From Heteronotia binoei (taxonomy: Eukaryota): 64,000 nt of DNA. How positions within the stretch are numbered: the first letter of the stretch is position 1; each line of letters opens with the position of its first letter. The translations under genes were made by a program, and so were the position numbers. The notes below the pieces were generated by a model, which was not told where the DNA came from, ran no database searches, and worked only from the letters and a program-made list of their open reading frames with translations. Below are positions 50,757 through 61,055 of the stretch, one piece after another. The stretch spans positions 29,636,001 through 29,700,000 of the forward strand of contig NC_083235.1 in assembly GCF_032191835.1 (NCBI RefSeq), in the 5' to 3' direction.

Positions 50757-53700
50757 GGCTTTCGCATGAAAAGAAGGAAAAGAAGCCAAGCTCTTAAAAA
50801 AAAAAAAAGTCTTTAATGCTCTAAGAGATCAGTGCTAAGGACTCTCGCTCTCCCCTCTCCCTGGACTCTGGAAAGTCCTGGTTAGTGGCTGATTGTGGTT
50901 TTTTGTTTTTTTTTTAATGCGCGCTCTCTCAAAGACGTTTCATAGTGGCTGAGTGGGTATGGCTGCTTATGCCTAATGCTCTTGACTTCTCTTATATCCG
51001 TCGATAGGTAGAGCTCTCTCTCAGTTTCTCTTACTTGTTCCCTTCCCTTTAACACCACAGGCAAATTCCTCAAAATCCCGGTGGTGAGGCTCTCTCTCTC
51101 TCTCTCACTCACACACACACACGCGATCTGGATTCATCAATCCAGCCCAGAAAGACAGGCTAAGGGAAGAAAATGACAAGGGGAAAAATCGAGGGGTTCG
51201 AGGGGGTGACGGGGAGGTGAGAGAACCAGCTCTTCAGAAGGAGGAAAAGGGGGAAAAACACGCACGCACGCACACACCCACCCACCCACCCACCCACCCT
51301 CGTAGCTGGTGAATGAAACAGGGTTATGAAAGGTGCGCAGTAATACCCTTAGGTGCTCTTCTCTCCCCCCCCCCTTTTCCTATGCAACGGAGCCTCTTCA
51401 CTTATCTGAGCAAATGCATGCGCCGGCGAGGTCAATTTAGGTTACTTCAACAGGTAATAGGTAAAAAGCAAACCCAGATCAATGATTGTGTTGGGGGGGG
51501 GGGGTGTTGTATTTTTTTAGGTGGCCCTATAAGGGGCACAGCAATGCTAACGGGACCTCCCCCACACACTACCCACCCTTCACCTCAACTATTCCAGTTA
51601 TGTGACTGTTATGCAGGGAGAGGAAGTGATATAATGGAGCCAATAACCCCCCTTTAAAAAAAAAAAGTGACGAAAACAATATGGAAAGTCCATTGATTTC
51701 CCGAGGTGCTGTTCCTTTTCTGTATATTTGCCTTGAAAGAAAAATAAAATAAAAGATCTCAGGAACACTATTCTCTTTCCTTTTTTTATTGTGGGCCTGT
51801 GTGTGTGGGGGGGGGGGGGTACTCCCCTCTGCAATTCCCTGGGAGGCGTCCCTTGAAGCTGTGTCCACAGGAAACGTCTTGGTCAAGGCATAGGAAAGGA
51901 GGGCGCAGGATATTCTGATATCTCTCCCCCAGTTGCTATTACTTAAATGCGGCAGAATTTTTCCACATGTGTGTGTGTGTGTGTGTGTGTGTCTGTGTGT
52001 GTTATTCATGTAATGGGGAGAAGCCAGCTCGGTTCCAGCCTCTACTTTTCTAACTCTGGAGTGACCATTGACTGAAACCATTTTTTACGACCGCGTCCAG
52101 GGAGAGTTCGGGGCCATTAAACAGAAACCTCAAAGCCCAGGAGCCGTTTCTTTTTTGTAAAGTTCGCAAATTAATATTTCCTGAACCGCTTTTTGGAAGC
52201 TTCTGAAACCTGACAAAAAAATCAAGCTCACTTCTATAAATTAAGTGTCCGCCAGGCCCCTTCGTAAACTCATCAGGACCCCCCCTCCCCTTGGAAATCT
52301 CTTCTAGGGTTTCTCCCCTCTCCACCCCCCACCCCCCCAGTAGCAAGTAAATGAATTTCATCGGGTGAAACAGACCCAGGCTGAGGAAATCCCCACTGTT
52401 AGGAAGTCTGCAAAATCGTAAAACACTCTTCGGAATAAATCTGTGGGCCCAGGACTTCTCTGTTTTCCTCTCAGCCTCTCTGCCCCTCGTGAACCAGCCT
52501 TAACTTCTACGTTCTCCTGTGCCCACGTTGGGCGATAACAAAGCTCAAATCTGCCATTCAGTTGGATTTTTTCCTCCTTAGCAAAAGGAGGGAAAGGCCT
52601 TTTTCGCCCAGCTCACCAAAAGAAATAGGATCTCTCTTTCCAAAGGATTTCAAAAATTAGACTTCCTAAGATTTCACCCCACCCCATCCCCGAAACACAG
52701 AGAGAGCTGTTGATGGCCCCTCCCTCGCCTTCTTTCTGTTTTGCGTTTTAGAAATGCAATTTTAAAAGGTCACACTCACATTGAAAATGAAATTATGGTC
52801 CTTTTAGTCTCTCTTTAAAAAGAAAGGGGGGGGAACTGGCTTGCCAAAGGGGAAAACGAGGAAATGATGTAGCCAAGCTCTCCAGCTCCTAAACAAACCG
52901 CTGTAACTACTGACAGGGCTTAATTGGCAGATAAGAGTCAATGGGCTCATCGCTCAGAGTCGTTGATCAATAATGGCTCTCGAGTTTGGAAATCTAGTAG
53001 CGAGCCCTATCCCTTTTTTATTGCAACAGAGTCAGCTGGAGGAGGTAGATTCTCGTGTGTGTTGTTGACCGTGATTCAATGGATTGAGGGGAAGACAGAA
53101 AGTTGCTAAATATGCACATTTCCTATCTTCTGTACTCTGCCCCCCAAAAAACAAACCAATCCCCAAACAAAAAACCAGCACACGGGGGGTGGGGATAGCT
53201 GGTTTGTAGCATTCTAAGATTATAATACGCTATTTTAAATGTACAGAAGAGACTGTCACCCCCCCTTCCCCCCCGAAATCCATATAAAGAAAGCATTTTA
53301 ATAATACCATTCCAAGAGAGACCACCATTTTGGCGTTTCAAGACGCTGGAAAAACGGCTCTTTGTTTCTGCTGGGGTTTTTTACCTATGAATAGATGTGA
53401 AGTCATGCCATTGTGCTCTATCTTCGAAAGTGTCACATGTTATTTTTTTTAAAAAATGTGCTAGACACATCACCCACATAGAGGATCTGCCAATATGTGG
53501 TTTTTGCTTAATTTTCATGTAGTAACCAGACGTAGCTTTGCTCAGAGAAAAATGGAGGTCCAGCAGATTTTGCTACTCAGCATTCATGCTCTTCACCAGC
53601 CGACGCTGCTGGACCGAAGGTCCTTCCTCCACTGCCACCCTTGCATTCCGTTTATGCACAGGGCAGGACGGTGCAAATATAATTTTGGGATGGTTTCCCC

Positions 53701-53922
53701 TAAGAGATTCGTTTACACTTAGCCATCGAAACGCCGGTTTGCACTCAAGTCCAGGTCTGAGGTTCGTTTGCAAGTCAACGCTAATGTAGGAGCAGGTGAG
53801 GTGACTTTATCTATATATATTTGTAGAGCTCTGCTTTTCCTTCCAATCTCCAAGAGGGGCCTAAAGGTGACAACCTGAGGTTTTGTAAAGTAAAACGGCT
53901 AATCGCCTCTAAGATTGAGCAA

Positions 53923-53940
53923 CAGCGCCATCTTGCGCTA
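53923..53940 (-). promoter_or_regulatory. Candidate CTCF site overlapping a YY1 core (AAGATGGCG), between Hoxc9 and Hoxc8
   Basis: Minus strand TAGCGCAAGATGGCGCTG, with a good 3' core AGATGGCGCTG and the same orientation as the c5|c6 candidate. Motif evidence only. Confidence 0.4.
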
Positions 53941-54554
53941 GTTTTTCCCAAGGCACAGGCCTTTCAAACAAAACCTTTTCGGTCAAAACAAGGAGGAAGA
54001 TCTCCTAGCACTAAAATCGCCTCCCCTCCTTTTATTTTTTTGCTTTTCCCACTCCCCCTCATTCCAAGCTTTCCAGGACGTGCATCCGATTCGGCCCAAA
54101 GAGAACCGAAGGAAACCAAAATCCGGATTTTGTTCAAGACGGGCCATTCTGAGTGTAGTAGTTACATATCACCCCCGAATTAATCGATCAACCAAGGTTG
54201 CTGTTGTTTTGTTTTAATCAGCAAAAAAGGGAGATTTTGACTAGATTTTTTTAAACGTCACCCCAGCGCAATTGCTTATTTTTGGTACTCCCTCCTCTCA
54301 TATACCCTCAATAACTACCCATTGTCCTAACAACGAAGCGCACATAACATGCGTGTACACACACTTACATGAATACGCCACAGAAATGTTGTAGCTTTTC
54401 TTATCTCTCCTGCCAACGGCTCCCCCCCCCCCCCCGCCCGCGCCGGGCAATGCTTTAAAAGGTTTCTCCCCTCTCCCTCCTCTGCCAAAGAGAAGGAGGG
54501 GAGGGTGGAATGAAGGGGAGTGAGGGGTTGAGCGTCTGTTGTTTGTTGCTGGTA

Positions 54555-54725
54555 GACAAAACATTCCAATAAGCCGGTTTCAAAGAGAAGAGCACCCATC
54601 TTATTTAGACCATAAAACAATTAAGGCCAGACGTCTAGCCGGTTCTGTGGTCCTGTTTTTGTTCCATTCTATTCAGCGCCCACAGCAGTGAGACAAACAA
54701 GAGCTGTAAAGCTGGCATTTTTGGG
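54555..54725 (-). promoter_or_regulatory. Hoxc8 early enhancer
   Basis: Minus strand AAATGCCAGCTTTACAGCTCTTGTTTGTCTC...GGCTAGACGTCTGGCCTTAATTGTTTTATGGTCTAAATAAG, about 3.8 kb upstream of the ATG. It matches the mouse Hoxc8 early enhancer as I recall it (TGTTTGTCTC, GCTAGACGTCTGG, TTAATTGTTTTATGG). Confidence 0.88.
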
Positions 54726-54841
54726 GCTGCGGAAATGTACCTATGGGTTGCTTTCAAAGCTGCTGTATCCTGTCTTTTTGTTGTGTGTCGTCTACAAAAG
54801 GGTCGTTTTTAAGCTGTGAATAAGAGGGCTTTCTTTTCTTT

Positions 54842-55012
54842 NNNNNNNNNNNNNNNNNNNNNNNNNNNNNNNNNNNNNNNNNNNNNNNNNNNNNNNNNNN
54901 NNNNNNNNNNNNNNNNNNNNNNNNNNNNNNNNNNNNNNNNNNNNNNNNNNNNNNNNNNNNNNNNNNNNNNNNNNNNNNNNNNNNNNNNNNNNNNNNNNNN
55001 NNNNNNNNNNNN
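54842..55012. other. Assembly gap (N run)
   Basis: Run of N. Confidence 0.99.
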
Positions 55013-58000
55013 CATGCACACCCATTTACCCATAAGTCACGCAATGAGAATGCAACTCAGGAACACACACACAGGGACACCTGGGTCATCCGCACAGGAT
55101 CTGCAGTTTGGAGAAGGAATGTGGGGGTAATGTGAGGGATTTTGCCTTTGTTCAATATATACATATCTATCTCCATGAGCCAAGCCTGCCAGATTGCTTT
55201 TCTGCAGGGTGGGGTGGGGGGATGGTCTTGTCTAAAGCTATACTGTCCCAAAACACACTTGCCTGCGAGTAAAACCCATTGGAGTCAATTGTGCACTAAA
55301 AGCTCGCCATCTTACGCACAGCTTTCTTAAACTGCCCTGGGCCTTCTTCGGAGTAAACGTGCCAAAGGAACGGACTACAGTATGGAGTCACTGCAGAGTC
55401 CGCCTGCATTTTTATACGGAAAAGCCTTGTCCATGAACTGAAACTGTATTCTGGCTTAAGACAAAGCGAGCAAGAAAGACAGAGGGGGGAGGGGGGAGAC
55501 AGAAGGGGATGGGGGGAGAAAGAGAACAACGGTTTTATGGAGACAAAGGGAACATAACTTACATTCTTTTCGTCCCCATTAGCTCCAATGGGAGATCAGC
55601 CCTGTTGAAGACCGTCGGGTAGGGTGTGGGTGGATGGTGGAAAGGGGGGTGGGGTGGAGGAAGGTGAAAGAGATTGGATCTTTAGTCATCTTGAAAATGA
55701 GGTTTGTAAGAATCCCCGGGAGGGAGGGAGGGGGGCTGTTCCAAACAGGGTGAAGGATCAAAGTTAGTGAGACCCGCATCATGGTGGACCGTGTAGGTGG
55801 CGATGAGGGCAATGGGGAGAAAGGAAAGAAAAAGAGATAGGCAGGAGGAATACAAGAAGATCCTCTTCTTTTCTCTTCGCTTTCCTTCACCCTTAAGCGG
55901 ACCCATGCACATAAGCTAAAAATCCGAATGGTTTGGAAATCATTATTCATTTGAGGGGGGGGGCGGGAATTCGGTTGTAATATAGGGAGGGGGCAAAGAA
56001 AGGCAAAAATAAATAAATAACTGCCGGAATATTTTTTTAAATAATTATTTCACTGTAAGACCCCACCCCAACCCCTGTCTCTTCCCAACGTCTCTTCGTC
56101 CTGAGTGCTCAATTAGGACTTTGGAAGGACCTTGCTGGATTGTGTCGACTGTAGCAAATCGCCTCCGCCCATTTTTTTAAGGGGGAGGGAACTACTACTC
56201 TTCAGTAAATTAAATAAATAAAATTACAACCCAGTATGAATGGACTCCAAACGCAGAACCTGATGGAAGAAATCAAGTTGAGGAGCAATCTCTTAACGAC
56301 ATCAGCAGAGATAATGGCTTCCAGGTTTTATTTATTTCTCGAGAAGGTCGGATCCGGTGGACAAAAGACCCCCTCACGCCCAGGATTACCTCGATCTGTT
56401 TATCATTAGAAAGACTTTTTACAAAACCCACACACAACCCCCCCCCCTCCAAAAAAAACCCCTCTGCTCGGTTCACTTAATTAAAGAAAGGAGACTCATA
56501 ACGAGTGGTTATGGTGAAAACATCTCCCGGCGGCTCATTTGTTATGCCTTGACTTTCATTTAGCAAGCCTTGGAAAGGAACTTCGGACACTTCCACTTGC
56601 AGAAAAGGCGAAAATGCATTGTTTAAAGAGAGAGAGGGAACCCCCTCGGCTTTCCCCCTCCACTCACCCAGTGTCGCTTAACTCGTTCCTAAGCAGTACA
56701 AATATCTGATTTTTGTTGTTGTTGTTGTTGGAAGACAGTGTTAGGCTTGCCTTCGGCTGCCTGAACAAGTCAGGGAAAGCTCTTTGTGCAAAAAAAGAGT
56801 GATTTTTCTTTAAGAGGGATGGGCGGCTTCCTTAGTGCGGGTTTTTTTTTTTTAAACTTCCCTTTTTATTTTATTACCGATCCCCCTCCTTTCCTCCCCC
56901 CCCCACCAATATGTACAAAAAATGATGGATTCCTCCCCCCTTCTTTGCTCCTGCGAGGTAATTAGGCGGTGGGCCCCACTAAAGCAAGACACCAACACAT
57001 TTTTGGCGCTTCATGGATAATCCGGAGAATTTCCCAATACAGTTGTCTCCGATAGATAACCAAGGTGAGAATTTTTGCTGTAAGCAAAGGTTTACCTACC
57101 ACAAATATCTAATCTTGTACATATAGTTGGATTCTCGGGGGGTCATTAATTAGTACAATTAATTACCCCAGACTAAATGCGCGGCGCACAGTTGCCCTGC
57201 CTCGAAGTTCTGCTTTTACGAGCCTACCTCTGTATAGATACAGATATAGATCGGTGGACAGGGAAGGCGAGAGACAGAGGCAAAGAAAGAGAGTAAATAT
57301 TCGCAGCGGAAGTTCGAGTCTTTCCCGGTTCCAACTGGCTTCCTGAAAGAAGGGATTCCACCAAGGTCCGTTCCCCCCCCTCCCCCAATGGATCCGGGAT
57401 TATTATCACGACTAACTTCTATGGGTTTATCTTCAGAAGGCTTCTCCCTTTAAAAACCCAATAGATTTTCCACCACCCCCTTTTTTTGGAGGAGGGGTGA
57501 TTCTTTCAGTGCAGTTTAAACAAAACAAAACAGAAAACGACACCTCGATTAAGAAACGTTTTTTTCCTCTTTTTTTTGTGTGACGTTAGCTATATACAGA
57601 AAGCTGCTCTAACACAGCAAAACATAACAGCAATACAAGAACGATTCTGTGACAATCAAAAAAGACACTAATAGGTACACCGGAAACGCTCAACACTATG
57701 ACAGAAACATTGTTTGGAGCCATCGCCCCATTTTTTTTCCTCTTTCGTCTTCCTTTCCCCACGTCCCCCTCCCTCTTTCCTTTTGTACAAAAGATGCAGC
57801 CGCGACGTCATGAAATTAAAAAGAAAAAACTGGATAAATTTTAAGTTACGAAATAAAACACTAAAAAAAATTCAAGTACTTGGTTGTTTTCTGCAAAGAA
57901 CAAAAATGTTTATTTTTAAAGTTGCAATTATTGTTATTATTATTATTATTATTTTAGAAAAGCACTTTCCCTTTTTGTCTTCTGCTCCAGAAACGGTTGC

Positions 58001-58144
58001 TGGGTTGAACTACTTCTCTAAACACTCATCAGCACACTCAACAAAAGTCAGAAGGGTCTTCGAAACCCCCAAGAAAGAGCCAAGCAGCACCTCGGTTTCC
58101 TCCTTTCACTTGGGAGGGGACTCGGCCAATTTCACTGCTGGTCT

Positions 58145-58376
58145 TTATTCCTCGGTTTTCTCCTGTTCATTTTCTTCATTTTTCATTCGCCTGTTCTGAA
58201 CCAGATTTTGACCTGGCGCTCCGTGAGATTAAGCACCCGGCCACTTCGTAACGGCGGTCCCGTGTAAGGTACATATTGAATAAAAACTCCTTTTCCAATT
58301 CCAGCGTCTGGTACTTCGGTAGGACACCGTTTCTTCCTTGTCGAACGTGCATGGATCCAGTTTGCCACCGGATTGT
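58145..58376 (-). CDS. HOXC9: Homeobox protein Hox-C9, coding exon 2, with apparent frameshifts (3' end approximate)
   Basis: Acceptor ttccag|AC at 58376, then [18 protein letters not shown]. With about six 1-nt indels corrected it reads [53 protein letters not shown]. As assembled, it stops at TGA 58185-58183. Confidence 0.85.
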
Positions 58377-60381
58377 CTGGAAAAGAAGAGTCGAGGGCGT
58401 TTAATATAAATCCATTATCTGGGCATCACTAACCCATCTTTATAGTTAGTTACGGAGTCCCCAAGCCATTCCTACACAATAATTATCCTTGCTTTATTAG
58501 AATAGGCGTCCCAGCTTTTTTGGCAACATGAGCTGATCATTTCTGAACTGACCTTCAGGGTTGTTTAAGGGCGTTAAGTGATTCTTTGATAGGAAGTGAG
58601 AAGGTGCCATCTACATCAATGTTGAAGGCAACCAGGCATTTATCCTTGCAGTTTAACAGCCTGAGGCTGTACCCTATTTCTGAGAATTATTATTATTATT
58701 ATTTTCAGCTAAGTGACCATCGTCTTCTACAAGCTCCAGTTTAAAAACAAAAGCCGGAGCAAAAGGTTTCATAACAACACAGTGGTGCACGTGGAAACCA
58801 GCAGAAGTCATCCAAGAACATAGTCATAAAAAGTCAAAATTCCCACCACTTCACAGGCCCATAAACTCTGTTTACAACCATCACTCTCCAGTCCTCTCTC
58901 TACAACCTTCCCACTCTTGGAACCGGGTGCATTTTTATTTTTTATTTCAGTATCTGGAGAATGCCCCAGGATAGCCTTACTGGATCCAAGAACAACATTT
59001 TGTCCCCCACAATCCTCAAACACCTTCAACTAAACCGCTCGACAACTTTGTTACAGGAGAATGAACCACATTTCCCCCTAATTAACTCTTGGGTAAGATT
59101 TTTTTTTTAAAGCAGTGCATTGGTTCCTAATTCAAGGCTATCGAGCTTCATGCCTCAACCTGGGTCCCGAGTCTATGACCCTTAGGTGTCTATGTGCTTC
59201 CCCGAGCTTGCAACAGGGTAAACTGTGCCTGTCCACAAAGACACAAAAGTTAGCAGGACCAAACCAGCATTCGATCCGATTGTTAGGCCTGCAGGCGTTG
59301 TAAACACCTGGCATGGGGATGGGACGGTGGGCTTGGGGGGTGTGCATAGAAATGCACGCACACAGACGTCCATATGCACACGAATTGGCACACATTCTCG
59401 GAGGGCTGGGAGTTCCATATCTTTTGCTGGCAATGCCCGGGACTCTAGTCTTATATAGCTCAGAAACAATCACCCAGGCTAAAAAGACTTAGGTCCACTG
59501 AAATTAAGTCACCATTTCACTTATGCAGAAGAATGATGACTTTTTAAAACAGGAAGGCACAAGTCCTTTCAACGTCCTATCTGCTTTTTTTTTCTTTCCC
59601 CTTTAAAACTATGTTCAAGGGTATTTATTCTTTTGCTGCTTTCTCTGGCAAGTTGAACTGCAGTCCACTTTTTAAAAAATGGCATGGTCCCTTGCTCTTT
59701 CTTACTGAATCTCCCCCACTATCTATCAGACTCCAGTGCCTATTTGCACTTTTCCCAGCCCGATTATTTAGCATTGGATAATCTACATTAGTTTTCTTTC
59801 TCCCCCCCCCCCCATCTCCTTTCCCAGGACATTCCCGGTTGGCAAGATGTACAGATTTTATGAATCATGACGTGACTGTGGGGTTTCTGCTAGATCCCCT
59901 CTCGCCTACACACACGCGCACGTACACACACTTGAAAACATACGAATGAAAATTATTATTCCCCCCCCCCCCCCCCCCAATATCCCCCATGCTCTTGCAT
60001 GAACTGCTAGCCCGGCTGGCTGTTCGAAAACTCGGAAGAATCCAAGTGTGAGCTTGGGAGGTTATGAATATTTTATCAAACCTCTGGATTCTCCCTCTGC
60101 AAGACCCCCAAATAGTCATAATTAAAAAAGAGACGACCTCCCTTCTCCTCCCGCCCCTCTCCCCCCCCCCCCCAAAAAAAACCCAGACAAAACTACAAGC
60201 AGCTCGTATGATCTTCTAAGTTAGGTTTTCTTTCTTTTCTTTTTTTTAAGCCTGTACATTTGGAGATTCCAGGCAGGGACGCCAAGAATTCTAAACAGCA
60301 AGGTAATTCCTTTTTATTGAGTACTGTGCAGGGGCGGCTGTAATGCCCTCCCGGTTGTAAACAAGAATGACTTCGACTTAC

Positions 60382-60916
60382 TAGGGTCCAATTCGGTCTT
60401 TTCTTCTTTGTGTTTGTTGGAAGCGATGGCCTCAGATTCCGGGGAGGGAATAGTCTGCGGGGTTCTGTCCCTGAGATCTCCCGGGGATCCGTACATATAA
60501 TCCGGATAACTACGTCCATCCACCGGTCCGCAGTCCCTGCGGCCGTGGAAGGCGTCGGGTTTAAGCCCGTAGTGCCGGCTGCTGGCTGGAAAACCTGGGA
60601 AGGAGACAGCGCCGGAGATAGGCTCCAGCCAAGTGCGCATATATCTGGTGTCAGCTCCAATGTGAGGCTGGTGGGTATACGGGTGGTAGACCACGGACGA
60701 CTGGGAATGCACGGGAGCCCACGAAGTAGTAAAAACGGCCGGTTTGGGGGCAAAGCTGCAGGATGGAAAATCTGCACACTCCGGTACTAATCCTGAAGGT
60801 CTGGCTGCTGCGGGGTGAGAGCCAGTAGCAGGGAACCTTGATGCCAACAGTTCTTCGCTTTCATGACTAATCAAGGAATCTACATAATAGTTGCTTATGG
60901 GACCCGAAGCCGACAT
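60382..60916 (-). CDS. HOXC9: Homeobox protein Hox-C9, coding exon 1
   Basis: ATG at 60916 begins MSASGPISNYYVDSLISHESEELLASRFPATG...YMRTWLEP...KHKEEKTELDP. Donor A|GTAAG at 60382. 535 nt, frame intact. Confidence 0.97.
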
Positions 60917-61029
60917 TGTTCCCCCCTCTTTTACATTCATAAGATTATTGTATGAACTGTATGTGTACTTTTTATCTTCTCATAGAACAATCAGGGCAGG
61001 TAATTATTTTTTCAGCCTTTCCTAGTTTG

Positions 61030-61055
61030 CCATTGGCTCCCGGCTCTCACGTGAT
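61030..61055 (-). promoter_or_regulatory. Hoxc9 proximal promoter module (E-box and CCAAT)
   Basis: ATTGG at 61032-36 (CCAAT on the sense strand) and CACGTG at 61048-53, about 120-140 bp upstream of the ATG. Confidence 0.55.

Noticed and set aside
50757-50789. Upstream extension MASFPSFHAKA of Hoxc8 in the ORF track
   Set aside because: It starts at TTG, not ATG. The conserved start is MSSY at 50756.
51429-51444. DR4-like AGGTCA-attt-AGGTTA upstream of Hoxc8
   Set aside because: One-mismatch direct repeats are expected a few times by chance in 64 kb, and there is no independent support.
60193-60790. Long plus-strand ORFs (194 and 126 aa) over Hoxc9 exon 1, with similar ones over Hoxc8 and Hoxc6
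   Set aside because: These are antisense shadow ORFs of GC-rich coding exons.
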